A DNA stretch of 64,000 bases, from assembly GCA_964255285.1 (NCBI GenBank), contig CAXUUL010000014.1:1-64000 (forward strand). Direction: 5' to 3'. The notes under the pieces are model-generated. The model was given only the letters and a program-made list of their open reading frames with translations, had not been told where the DNA came from and did not search any database. This document shows, piece by piece, positions 13,774-26,338 of this stretch (position 1 is the first letter of the stretch; every line of letters begins with the position of its first letter). The translations under genes were made by a program, and so were the position numbers. This DNA is from Ionaspis alba (taxonomy: Eukaryota).

Positions 13774-15393
13774 CTAAGAAAATTCAGTGATCGAACCATC
13801 CGAACCCAAGGAAACTATACTCTGAGCCTTGGGACCCCATTCAGCACAAACGGCCGCAACACCACTTCGCAGAGGCTCCGACCACTCCTTGGTCGATTTT
13901 AAGTATTGCTGAATAGCCAAACCACTGGGTCCGGCTGCCAACAAAAATTGTCCTGTGTAATCCCACCTCACACTGTGTATCTGACTCCCTATTTCCAGCG
14001 ATTTGATCTGCGCTGCCTTACGTAAATCCCAGATTGCCACACTCGTGTCGCCTTTGCTCACAGAAGCGAGCCACGTTCCATTCTCTGAGAATACAATACT
14101 CTGCACCGAACCAGAAGCGTCGAAGTTTGCAGCATTTGCTCCAGACTTCACGTCAAAAACCTTGATCTGACCATCGACGCCTCCTGCCGCGAAGAGATGA
14201 CCGTCAGGATGAAAGGCGGCAGTGGTCAAAGCTTGGAATGGTCAGTCGAATTCAGAGCTCACAACGAGAACAACATACCAGAATCTGTGTAGACCTGAGT
14301 GGCTACCGAAGATGAAGCCAGATCGTAGAAAATGTAGCTTTTGTCCACACCAACTGAGGCGAGTATCTCGCCACTTGGGTGCAGAGAAAGTGAAGTAACA
14401 CCACCAGCATGACCAGAGAATCTGGAGACTTCGGCACCATCGCTGTATACTCTGACCGAGCCCGTAGAAGTAGCGAGAACGGTACGATCACCTGCCCATA
14501 GTCCATCTGCGATAGACCCTCCAGCCCCTTTTATGGTCTGAACCAGCTTCTTCTGCGATACCGAAAACACACCAGCATCACCATTCGATCCTCCAAGTAG
14601 AACCAGATCGCCGCTCGCATCAACTGATAGAAATCGTGATCCAGTGAACAAGGGATCTGATAGCTTCTCTGGCTTTAGCGCTTCCAATGTTTCCGCGTTG
14701 GCCCAGTCCTCCGACACAGCTCGTTTCCGCCTCGTCTTGGACAACCTGGAAGCAATAGATCAGCCATAGATCCCAAGATATCGGTAATCTTGCATACTTC
14801 TCTTGTGTTGCATCGATTTTGGTAGCTAGAGCCTCCGAAAGCCCCTGTCCATCTACTTGCATGGCCTCTCCATTGCTTGTAGGCCCGCCATTCACAGTTA
14901 CCTTCGAGAGAGCATCTCGAGCTTCGTCTCTTTCTCGTGATAACCTTGCAATGACCCTGACAGCAGCATCGTGTTGATAGAGTGCTGTGCTGAGCTCTTG
15001 CCGGGTCTGTGCGAGTTGTTGTTTGAGGGTATAGGTCGCCAGCGCCAAGGCATCCCATTCATTCTGGAAGACGGACAGGAGAGAGGGTATCGAGGTAAGG
15101 GTAGGGGGTCGAGGTCGGACGGTGTGCGCGGATTTGAGGCTGACAAGGTCTTCGGTGGTAAGATCTTCGTTTGTCACAGGATCGGTGCCATTCTCGGATA
15201 TATAAGCCTCGATGAGACGTCTCTCGAACACGTTGCCTGGTCATGTGAGCATCGGACGGAGTCCCTGAGAAAGCATAGCATACCACTCTTCTTTGACGCA
15301 ACCGGATCTTGAGGCGGTTCTCCCGAGACTGTTTGTCCATTAGACATTGAATGTACAAAAGGGCTTCGTGATCCACATACTTGCGCAAAGCAT
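13774..15393 (-). CDS. PRP19: Pre-mRNA splicing factor Prp19/Cwf8 (U-box, coiled coil, WD40)
   Basis: MLCA|..SGEPPQDPVASKKS|GNVFERRLIEAYISENGTDPVT, RPPTLTSIPSLLSVFQNEWDAL, RQELSTALYQHDAAVRVIARL and WD40 repeats (FHPDGHLFAAGG). Several GT-AG introns. Confidence 0.96.
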
Positions 15394-15925
15394 GATGAGC
15401 AATATGGCTTAGGGTCCTTCACATTGATTGTTGTTCTGAGGTCCCGTTGCGCAAACGAGGGAAGCATTCGAGAAATATTTAGCTCCAACCTAAATTTTGA
15501 GCCGCATGGGTATAGCTTCTAATTGCGAAGCGTCGAGAAACTAGATATTTACTGTCTCGTTACTAGTGACGACGCAGATTGATAGGAGTTTATTTACAAT
15601 ACTGTGAGGCTTTCTTTTGACATAGTTAATGCACGCATCGTGATATACTAGACCTCGTGCTTCTCATAACGGTGTCACAACTTCTTGGTACTACATGCGC
15701 AGGGACGCTGTCCTGGATTCTGTCTATCCAAGCATGCAACAAATACAAAATCGTTTCGAGAACCTTCACGTTGGTAACCCGTGCCACAAGAGCATAGATA
15801 GCAGCTGTAGTCCGATCCTCCGTATCCCCAATCATCTTTCATTCACTCTGACTCTGACCGCAGAGCTTTCACGATAATATGGCCAATCGCATTTGGAGCA
15901 TTTGCAGATTATATACCTGAGTTCC

Positions 15926-16506
15926 TCAAGCCTCAATAGTTTCATCTTCGAATGCAAGCTTTATTTTCTTGACTTTCTTCGTGGCTTTCTTCCCAGACTT
16001 TGGGACCCCTTCCTTAACCTTTTGAGGGCTTACTGCGCGTTTTGAGCCATCCTTCGCGTCGTCTTCGTCACCAATGACTTTGGCAATCCTTCGCTTCCCT
16101 GAAGATCCAATTACAGCGATGGCCTCTTTCTTCGGTAGCTCCTCTTCTTCCAGTGCCTTCCCATCCTCAGTGTCTTCCATGGACTTGACGGAAACACTCC
16201 GAACTTTAGCTGTCTCTGTAGGGGGAGCAGACTTGTTACCAGCGCTCAGCATAGCAGCATACTCAGCCTTGCTGATGGTATCATTGCTCTCCTCGTCCAC
16301 GTAGGTCGGCTCATCATCTTCGTCACCGTCTTTCTGTTTCCTTGGCCTAGCCAGGGGCCGCTCGTGACGATCAGAATGACCACCGAACTCGCTCTTCAGC
16401 TTTCGCAGGAACGTGGGCTCTTTCGACTCTAAAGCGTGGTGAGAAGGAGCTGATCAAGATAGGAGGTTGACAAACCATAGCTCAAATTCTTTGCATTGAA
16501 GCTCAT
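15926..16506 (-). CDS. DUF4604-like small charged protein
   Basis: MSFNAKNLSY|ESKEPTFLRKLK...EDDEPTYVDEESNDTISKAEY...KKIKLAFEDE. One intron, ~16475-16430. Confidence 0.8.
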
Positions 16507-17319
16507 TATGACAAAACTCTTTGAGTCACACAAATTGTGATACTGACCGTGATGTCCTTGCAGAAAGCAACAAGTGCTCAATCTATGTAAACATCCCTCA
16601 TCTCCTTTGCTTAGTATTAAATGAAAAAAGACACATCCTCAAATATTGGTGACTTTAGTCCGAAATAATGATAATTCGTAGGACAAGACACGACTAAATG
16701 TCGTAGCTTCAAGCAGCATTCAACCGAGGGTTAAAATCGATTTGACATCGCTGTGGTACGACCCTGTACATGAGTCTCGCACCTTAGGCACACAAAAGAG
16801 TAGTCCGCCACTCTAATTGCGTCGAGAGGATGGTTGATTTGATTGGAGCTAGAAAAGGCTTGAATGTGAAGAAAAGGGCGCTAATGTCCTGCAGAGAACG
16901 TTTCTCGCCGGAAAGATCCCAGCAACTTTCGTAGCACCCAACCTCCTATCGCTGAACTTCCGCGAGCACCACGAACAATCACCACCAGCAGACGTCCGCA
17001 CCCACGAAAGAGATGAACTGTCGTTAATTGATGCCATGAGGCTACCAGTTCTCGACAAGTTATTTCGAACACGACCGCTGCGAGAGTCATAGCGCAATTC
17101 GGTCCCTAGGATTTCCTCCTGTCGCTCGTTACTATTCCTGGATTCACAATACGCAATCAAGACGAATCTACGACTACAATTAAGGCCCGCTGGCTAACGG
17201 AGCTCAACAAATCGTGTCACTAATCCTCATTCCACCGTGATACTCGTTCTCAACTTTTCCTCGTCTCTGTTTCTTTCTTCGAAGCAATCTGACGCGGCCT
17301 TTGCCTGTTCTCAGCATTC

Positions 17320-19070
17320 ATGGGGCTGGTACAAAACCTTGCGAAGCGGATACCTTCATCGCCAAATCTTACTTCTCTCGAGAAACTACCATCTTTGAGC
17401 GACTTGTCAAGATCTCGGGAAAGAATAACGCCAAGGTTAGCATTTTTTCGACGGAGGATACGCCTGAAAGGGAATTCGAAAGTCTCTATCCCACTTGGTG
17501 CGGTACTTTTATTTCCATGTATAGTCATCTTTACGATACTGGCTTTGGTCGTACGACACCCTTCGAGTCCTGGGAGAGCGCTATTACCAGCGGGAGCCCC
17601 GCCATCCATAAGGTATACCACTCTGCTACTTACATACCTTGTAAGTCTAATTGATGCTGACGCCATCTTTCTACAGGAGGATCAGTGAAAAATACGATAA
17701 GGTTTTTGTGACAGGGTGCCTCGAACCACAAGTTAATGGACCCCGCGCAAATGCCGCCTTTGTTGTTCTAGCTAGGGATAAGGAGTTAGAAGGGGTGATA
17801 CAATCCGTGAAGTCGATAGAGAGGCATTTCAACAGATGGTTTCACTATCCATATGTCTTTTTGAACGATGGAGATTTTGGTCAGGAGTTCAAGGACACCA
17901 TCACCAATTATACAAGCGCTCCAGTTGAGTTCGGCAAGATAGATCCGTCAATGTGGGGATATCCCGACTGGGTCAACGCAGATGTTGCTCGGGAAGGTAT
18001 AAGAAAGCAAGGAGACGCTGCTATTATGTATGGTGGTATGGAAAGTTATCACCATATGTGCAGGTTCTACTCTGGGTATGCAGATCCACTTATGAGCAAA
18101 AGACAGCGGCTAATAGTTTTTCAAGCTTCTTCTACAAACACGAGCTTCTACAGAAGTACGAGTGGTACTGGCGGCTTGAGCCAGAGATCAAATACTTCTG
18201 CGATATTACTTAGTGGGTATTTCTTGTCATAATCTATGTGGGACTGCTAACAGCATCTAGTGATCCTTTCATTCATATGGCGCGGGCCAACAAAACATAC
18301 GGGTTTACGATTGCAGTGAAGGAGTTGAAGGAGACTGTTCCCAACATCTTTCGTTATGCGTCAGCGTACAAACGCAAGAATAACATCAAGTCCACCGGAC
18401 TCTGGGAGATGTTTCTCGAACCCAAACCAGAGCAACCAAAATCTCTTCCTAAGGACGATCCGAAATACAAGGCGCCTTTGCCCGAGGAAATATTGAGCAC
18501 TGAACCTGGTCATGGTAGATTACCCGACATAGATCCCGAGTCGATGGACGGAGAAACCTACAACATGTGTCATTTCTGGAGCAATTTCGAGATAGCCAGG
18601 CTTGACTGGTTCAGAAGCAAAGAATATGAAGACTTCTTTACCATGATGGATCGAAGTGGTGGGTTCTGGATGGAGAGGGTAAGTCCTCGTCCAGTGCGCA
18701 TAGATTGGACTATACTTAACCAATTTAGTGGGGAGATGCTCCCATTCATTCCCTAGCAGCGGGTGCTCTTTTGAGCCCAAAAGACATCCACTACTTCCGT
18801 GACTTTGGATATCGGCACACAACTATCCAGCACTGTCCCGCTAACGCGCCGGCTCGGCAACTACCAAGAGAAAAGTTTCTGGAGAAGACGACATTGGACG
18901 AGAAGAAGAGGAAAGAGGAGGATGATTACTTCGAATCTTGGGACTCCGAGAAGGAGAATGGCGTTGGTTGTAGATGTAAGTGTGACACTGATATCGTGGA
19001 TGTAGAAGGGAAGCAAGGCAGCTGTCTGGCAGAGTGGGTGGAGGTCGCTGGTGGCTGGGCGTCCCCGTGA
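17320..19070 (+). CDS. Alpha-1,2-mannosyltransferase, GT15 (KRE2/MNT1/KTR family)
   Basis: Type II TM anchor. Motifs RANAAFVVLAR, HFNRWFHYPYVFLND, ESYHHMCRFYSG, YWRLEP, YNMCHFWSNFEIA and GGFWMER|WGDAPIHSL. Four introns. Confidence 0.95.
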
Positions 19071-20007
19071 TACGATAATGGCATCGATGTTGAGCATTCC
19101 TTCTCTCTCGTGAGCCTAGGGTATTGGGAGGTAGCATCGTATGGTGGGGCATAGATATTGTCTTTGCTCCCCCGGCACTGGAAGCGGCGTTGTTTGGAAT
19201 ATTCGATATACATAATGGATCAAAATTTACGTCTCTCCTTCTTCTGGGCACCGAGGCGTCAATCACCTTTACAGAACACGTCCGAATGGCCCTAGGGAGG
19301 CTTCTCATACTTATAATGGAAGGCAAAATGTCAGATATTGCGGTCCTGTAAGCCCACTACCATTGCAATATCCCAAGCAATCCTGGAGGCTGGTTTGATA
19401 TAAATGTACATATTACTTCTTGAGAGGATCAAGAACAGAACATGGCTGATTGTAGGAATATCTTAGAGTTTATTTCGTCTGAATTTGTCGAGATTTCTTG
19501 CAAATGTTCTCCTGTGATATAATGCGTCTTTTAAAATGAGCTTATTGAGGTTCTATTACTATGTAAATACTAATCGCAATGGTAAGGCGATAGAATGGGG
19601 CTTATCGGAAGCGAACTAAGTAGCGGGGTCATAGCTGGCAGCCTGAAACACCCCTCGGTCTGTCAGAACGTGTCCATCAACCACGAGCAGCCTCCATGCG
19701 CTCATGAAGTCGAGGTTCTCCATCATCTTCTAGCTGGCCATAGTCGCCTTTGGTACTGTGTTCTGCTTGTTGCCATCAGCAACCGCATTCGTCTCGTGAT
19801 CTGCGCGTGGGAGTCATTCGGTTGCTTCGACCGGACTACTCCACCAAGACCAGGCAGTACTTTGGTAGCGGGTTGGTCGAACTTTCCTTAGCCTTTATTC
19901 TATGCTCTCTACTTCCTGATCATAGCTCGCTGTTCTCGATCTCCCCCTCCTGAGATTACTCATGACTGGCAAGGGCAGCTCTCTGGTGACCGCTCGCTGA
20001 CACTCCC

Positions 20008-22704
20008 ATGCAGCCGCTACACGAGGCGGAGGATTACGTCCACCGCAACGAGAGTGAGACAGCTCGTGTCACTCTACGCTACCCCACTATACCTCTCGAC
20101 GATAAGGTTGCCTCTTGGCTCTCCCACTCTCAACCTATCCCCATGGCTTCACAGGCAGATGACAGTTCGGTTGACGACAATATGAGCTCAGTTGGAGAAA
20201 GTAGTTGGGACATTATCGACGGATCAAGCGTTGCAGCTTCCGATGACGAAGATCATAGTGTTTCTCGCCAGAGTACGCCTTCGAGTGATGGACATGACCA
20301 GAATGGCACTCATAATGCTACGGAGAACATTGAGACGAGTAATAAACGCCACGAAGGCGAATCGACTCGAACTCGGTCCCTCTTGGACGATTGTGTTGAA
20401 GATAGACCTGTGGGCCTCCACGGCTCGAGTAGCTCTGCAACGCCCAGGATCGCACAGCAGCACGATGAGGATATGGAGGCAACCAGCAAAGACCTCCACC
20501 AAACCTCTCATCACCTCAACGCCGAACCTTTGAGGTTTCATGAATCGAAGTGTTCACCGAACCAGGTTCACGAGCATGTCGAGGTCTCTCACCTTGTACA
20601 TTGCTTCGATGGGGAGCAACCTCGCCATATTTCCAAAGAATTCGACTTGCACCCGATTCCAGAAGTCTTGGTTGGTACTGTTCGACAGAAGATGAGCACT
20701 CATAGCCTACATCCTTCAGGCCCTTACAAATTATTCTACGTCGGTCCGTCATTTACCAGAGATCCTATCGTGCAAAAAATTGGTGCCGCACTGGCATCAC
20801 CCACGAATTCGAGATCAAGTCCCACAAACGTCGGAGAGAATAGATTCACGATCGCCCCAATTGCTGGGTTCGGAGATGAATCTGGCATGGAAGTTGTCCT
20901 CCTGAACTCTCTTGGGCTTGACATCATTGTTGAAGAATGCACTTCTGCATCTTACGTCAAGGAAGGAGCTTGCAGTGATTCCATCTCACTCGAAATCAAC
21001 GAGAGCAAGAAAATCAGCTCTGTGTGGAATCGCACCAGGAATGCCTTCGCGGTGTCCCAGGATTACAAGCTCCCAGATGTGGCAATCATTTTCCTGCCGG
21101 AGAATGAGCCAATATCTGCCAAGCATACGAGACTTCTAGCACGGTCATTCATGATCCGCCACGAGGTACCAGTGATCATGATATCTGCAAACACCGATTG
21201 GAAGAAACCATCCCAGCCTCTGATATTAGACCACAGGACTCCTCACCTCTGTCTTGAGTCTAGGAGTACCAAAGGGCAGAGCCAGCGCATTCTTCGACGT
21301 CTTCCAATTGACCTATCAACCTTCCTTGACATCGATGCTGGTCAGCTAAACCGTAACCTGGCATGCATTGCGCATATGGCTACCGAAGCCAACTCGAATA
21401 CCATGGATGCAGCACAGAAGCACAGACCTTGGACAGGACAAGGACTTCCGGAACTGAAAATCATGAAGACTCTGAAAGTCTGGACCAACTTCATTAGCAT
21501 GCAGATTACACGAGATACAAGGTCGATTGCCGGCCTCGGAGCTATACTACTCACTATTTTGGTTGTCTTTGGCATCAAGTCCGGCATTTACAGTTCGAGG
21601 TCGCTTACTATCTCACCAACACCCTCTATAGAAGCCGTTCCCTTGACTCTTCCTTCTTCGAGCAGCTCTATGGTATCAGGCCTACCGACATCGATACCAC
21701 TAGCTAAGGAAACATTACTGCTTCCCGGATCTAGTTCTCTCAGTGCAAGTACTCGCACGAAAAATGTGGCGCCTTTACGTACAAGTACCGATCTAGCATC
21801 GTTTCTACTGGACTCTACCTTGACCCCGAACATATCGGATCGGTTCCAGCTACATGTTGTTGGTGACTGTCATGTCGTTCTACGACCGCCTCGCTGGTTC
21901 ACAATGCTGAGAAGAGCCCCAGCGCTGTCATTTAGTGTCGAACGTCATGACAAAGCAATCAGCTATGAGTTCAGCACATTATTTGACGGTGTCTATGCTC
22001 TAAAGCTCCCGCGAGAGGATGCACATGGCTCACTAAATGTGTCAGTCTCGACTTCCAAGAAGCCCAGGATCAATGAGACATTCCAGGTCGACTTCGGCAC
22101 TCCGTGGCTCAAAATCGCTGGTTGGAAGAATGCCGCACAACTGGTTACTGAACAAGTCCGGGAAGAGTTTCAGTCTGCACAGAGTGGTCTATCCACTGCA
22201 TATGAACATACCAGCTCAGGAATACAGTCATTCATGCGCGACGCTGTCAAGAAAGCTGATGGCGTTCTGAAGGAGGTGGAAAAGATCAGTCTCATATCAC
22301 TCAACCAGACCGCAAAGACTACTGAGATTATGGTCACACATTCCAAAGAACTCTCTCGCGCCGTCTCTAAGCATCTCAATCGTCGTGGTTGCCAAGCTTC
22401 ATATCAAATTACCGCTAGAAGACGAGCGCTTCGCCATGACGTCAAGGAGTACACTCGAAGAATGTCGGCCATTCTTGCGCAACAGGCACAGGTCTTAACC
22501 GAGGCAGCTACTGGCTTGAATATGGCAGCGCTGGCACAGGAAGTCCAGGACTATCGAGAGAAGCATCTGGTCGAGACGCAGAAGAAGGCACTACGTATGT
22601 GGTGGAGAGTTCGAGGCTTACCTCATCAGAAGAAGTCAAGAGCCTCTCGAGGTCAGAATCCGAAAGTCAGAGGTCGTAGGTCAAAGCGAGCGGCGAACAG
22701 GTGA
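20008..22704 (+). CDS. Uncharacterised 898-aa protein with a central TM segment and C-terminal helical region
   Basis: Long uninterrupted ORF with an acidic/Ser-rich N-terminus and a hydrophobic segment IAGLGAILLTILVVFGI. No family recognised. Confidence 0.8.
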   Translation: MQPLHEAEDYVHRNESETARVTLRYPTIPLDDKVASWLSHSQPIPMASQADDSSVDDNMSSVGESSWDIIDGSSVAASDDEDHSVSRQSTPSSDGHDQNGTHNATENIETSNKRHEGESTRTRSLLDDCVEDRPVGLHGSSSSATPRIAQQHDEDMEATSKDLHQTSHHLNAEPLRFHESKCSPNQVHEHVEVSHLVHCFDGEQPRHISKEFDLHPIPEVLVGTVRQKMSTHSLHPSGPYKLFYVGPSFTRDPIVQKIGAALASPTNSRSSPTNVGENRFTIAPIAGFGDESGMEVVLLNSLGLDIIVEECTSASYVKEGACSDSISLEINESKKISSVWNRTRNAFAVSQDYKLPDVAIIFLPENEPISAKHTRLLARSFMIRHEVPVIMISANTDWKKPSQPLILDHRTPHLCLESRSTKGQSQRILRRLPIDLSTFLDIDAGQLNRNLACIAHMATEANSNTMDAAQKHRPWTGQGLPELKIMKTLKVWTNFISMQITRDTRSIAGLGAILLTILVVFGIKSGIYSSRSLTISPTPSIEAVPLTLPSSSSSMVSGLPTSIPLAKETLLLPGSSSLSASTRTKNVAPLRTSTDLASFLLDSTLTPNISDRFQLHVVGDCHVVLRPPRWFTMLRRAPALSFSVERHDKAISYEFSTLFDGVYALKLPREDAHGSLNVSVSTSKKPRINETFQVDFGTPWLKIAGWKNAAQLVTEQVREEFQSAQSGLSTAYEHTSSGIQSFMRDAVKKADGVLKEVEKISLISLNQTAKTTEIMVTHSKELSRAVSKHLNRRGCQASYQITARRRALRHDVKEYTRRMSAILAQQAQVLTEAATGLNMAALAQEVQDYREKHLVETQKKALRMWWRVRGLPHQKKSRASRGQNPKVRGRRSKRAANR

Positions 22705-23164
22705 TGGGTTTTCTATATGGTCTTCATCATGTTTTACGGATGTTTCACACGATGGCTTTGGCGTATGTGGCATTCCTACAGTGGGATTTCGAGGGAAGGG
22801 GAGAGACTTGTGGAGTAAGCTAGCTGGAAACATTGGCTTGGGAATTTGGACCGGGGAACGAAGGAGGGATGGCGAGATGGTGAACATGATATTCTGATAT
22901 CTCAGATTTCCTACCGGTAATTAACGATAGTCTGATAGTAACCTTTGGCTTCATGGTCCAACCAGGTGAAAGGATCTCAAGCTGTAGATAAGATTTCGTG
23001 TCACTCTGAAGATGCGATCAATGCCAAGATATCTGACGCTAGTGAATGCTTGCTAGTGGGATAGCATAACACTGCATCCACACCCCGCCAGGAACCATTA
23101 AATTTCGTGAACGACCTTCTCATCGGCACCATATTGCAACCACCTTCGCACCTGTATCGCCAAC

Positions 23165-24225
23165 ATGTCTTCAAACACAGATACTAAGCTTGATCCGTCA
23201 GCGGAGCAAACAGCTTCCAGCGAGCCTAAGCTTGCCCAGCAAGAGACGGAGCTCGCGACAAACCCCAAAGGGGACGAATCGTTGGAAGCTTCAAAGGATG
23301 CAAAGCCTACAACTTACACAGCTATGGCCAGTAACGCCGCCGCATCTGCTACTGCTACTGCTACGGCGACTGCTGCAAACATGAAGGATAACGTCTTCTC
23401 CATGTTCGGTGGAGGGGCAAAGAAAGATAAGAAGCCAGAGACCGAAGAGGCAGCGAATGAGCCATCTGGTTCATCGAAGGCGAAGAAAGAGGCTGAAGAG
23501 GATGATGTGAGCGTTTTCATTCCTTGAAGCTATCATAGTAACGTGCATTGACCTACATCCCTCCCTCCCAGGACGAAGCGCCCGACTCCCAAGAACCTGA
23601 CGTCCATTTTGAACCTGTGGTCCGCCTGACCGAAAGGGTCGAGGCCAAGCATAGTGAGGATCAAGAGGAGCAGATGTTCAAGATGCGCGCGAAATTGTTC
23701 AGATTCGACCCTGGACCCAGGGAGTGGAAGGAGCGTGGCACAGGGGATGTTAGGCTGTTGAAGCATAAGGAGAATAGTAAAACGCGGCTGGTCATGAGGA
23801 GAGATAAAACGCTGAAGGTTTGCGCGAATCACTACGGTATGGATGAGCACGCTTCTAGGTTTGAATACGATGAGGGTTCAGATGCTAATGGTCTGGCTAC
23901 AGTTGTTCCGGATATGAAGCTCTCCCCCAATGTGGGCAGTGATCGAAGCTGGGTCTGGAACGCGGCAGCGGATGTGAGTGAGGGTGAGCCGGAGGCTTGT
24001 ACTCTTGCCATTCGATTTGCCAATAGCGAGAGTGAGTCCATCCCGTGCGGGCTTTTTGGCGTTTGTTTGACGACTGACTATTTTACAGACGCAAATCTTT
24101 TCAAGGAAGCGTTTATCAAGGCCCAGCAGGAGAACGAGGAACTACTCAAGAATGATACTGATGGAACAGAAAGTGCACAGAAGGCTGAAAAGACCGAGAA
24201 GACCGAGGAGACCAAGGCTGAATAG
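23165..24225 (+). CDS. YRB1: Ran-binding protein 1 (Ran-specific GAP cofactor)
   Basis: RanBD motifs [62 protein letters not shown] and LAIRFANSE. Three introns. Confidence 0.96.
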
Positions 24226-24759
24226 ATTCGCATCGTCCTGTACCAGAAGTTGGTGCTGGTTGAGAGTGTCGATGTGGTGCCTCCTAAGGTTCCAATAGAT
24301 AGCATGCTCGTATGCCTCTTTCATCATTGATATCGAGGAGTACTTTTGTTGCCTGTGACTGAGCATAGCGTGTTTGATGGACGTCGGTTGGGGGCTTGAT
24401 AATATAATACACTCCTTGCCAAATAGTCAATTGGTCAATCCGTGATACTACCAATCAAATCAGGCTATTTGAGTCTGGACAACAGGAGCTTGTTTCATAG
24501 CAGTATTGTTTTTATTACACGGGCATCTTATTTTGCCCACCGATTGGGTCAACACCAGGTTAGAAGAATGCTTAGATAAAGCCAAACTAGGCTAGCTTCA
24601 AATTGTAGCCCTAACTTTGAGCCCTTGGAAGCTGTGCCGAGCATGGATACTCTTGACCCAATGAGGGACATGAGAAGTTCATTACCAAGGCTTCCAGCAT
24701 CTTATCAGCTGACTGAGGTGACATACATAAGTTTGGATACTGTTCTCAGCACAGTGAAC

Positions 24760-25947
24760 ATGGCAGGGCCAGTGGTGGTACCTCCTCCTCCTCCTCCAGG
24801 GGGACCCCAACAACCGACTCAGAAGATCTGCGACATCATAGGCACATTACGGCCAACCAAGGTACATCGATCTCTTCGCTGCGATCTCATGTTCTAAGCT
24901 CGCATCTCTGACTCCAACCCTCAGCTCTTCAAACTCAGCAAGCCCGAAACCTCCGCAACATCCCTCTCCTTCGACGACTCCGGCGAATTCCTCCTCGCCG
25001 CCTGCAGTGACGAGTCCCTCCAGCTCTACAACGCAAAAGAAGGCCGACACCTCAAAACTCTCTTCTCAAAAAAGTACGGTGCCCACCTAGCGCGCTTCAC
25101 GCACCACTCGCAATCAATCCTCTACGCCTCGACGAAAGGCGACGACACAATCCGCTACCTCTCCACACACGACAATCAATACCTTCGCTACTTCAAAGCG
25201 CACACCGCCCCCGTCACATCTCTCGCCCTCTCCCCCGCAACTGACACCTTCGTCTCCGCCTCCCTCGACAACACCGTCCGCCTCTGGACACTCTCCTCGC
25301 CCTCCCCCCAAGGCCGCCTCAACCTCGCAACTCCCACACTCACGACCTATGACCCCTCCGCCTCCGTCCTCGCCATCGCCTCCCCCAGCACATCCTCCAT
25401 CCTCCTCTACGACCTCCGGAACTACGACAAACCCCCCTTCGCGACCTTCGACCTGCGTGCTTTACCATATCCCCCAGCCACCTCCGCATCGGTCGACTGG
25501 ACAAAACTCGAATTCAGCAACGACGGCAAATCGTTGCTTGTGGGCACAAACGCCTCATCCGGGCATCTCCTGCTCGACGCCTTCGACGGCTCGCTAAAAG
25601 CCTTCCTAACACGGCCACCGCAATATCTGCCCCTTAATCCAGGAAACCAACGTGCAGCGCCATGGCCGCCTAATCCGCAAGCGACGCCGGGACAGGGAGA
25701 TGTGTGTTTCTCGGCTGATGGGAGATATGTGATTGGGGCCAGTGGGGGGGAGAGGGATGCCGTGGTGTGGGATGTGCAGGGGGAAGTAGAAGAAGCGACG
25801 CAGGGGCTGAGGCCGTTGGCGGTGTTGCCGGGTAAGAACAAGGTTGGGGTCATGGAGTGGAATCCGAGGTTCAATATGTTGGCGAGTGCGGATCGGGAGG
25901 TAGTGTTTTGGTTGCCGGAGGAGTTTGTGGGGTTGAAACCGGCTTGA
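24760..25947 (+). CDS. SWD2: WD40 protein Swd2/WDR82 (COMPASS and CPF subunit)
   Basis: ATG at 24760, intron 24862-24924. Motifs SLSFDDSGEFLLA, LKTLFSKKYGAHLARFTH, IRYLSTHDNQYLRYFKAH, LYDLRNYDKPPF and WNPRFNMLASAD. Confidence 0.92.
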
Positions 25948-26338
25948 GGGTGGGGTGGTGTGAAGGAATGGAACGATGATTGAAGAGGAACTGTGTGGGG
26001 GAGGACAGGGATAGAAGTGGGTGTTTGCATGACATTGGATAATGGCTGCATTGGGATCTAGTAGAGGGGTGGCGTTTCACGTGAGTCCTGTGGAAGGGCT
26101 GAAGATACACCATTTAGCGAAAGTAGTAGGACAGAAGCACAGCACGGAGCAAAGTTGAATTCCTCAGTGCATATCTATCCATTGCCGTGATCACTTCTAT
26201 TTACCCGACGACCAAGATGATCCACCGAATGCATCTATATCCAGTCTAAAATCTGACCCTCACATATCTACAAGAATTAGTCAAACACAACTCACAGTAC
26301 ACATACAAATACCTCCACGGCCCAGCCCATCTATCCAT

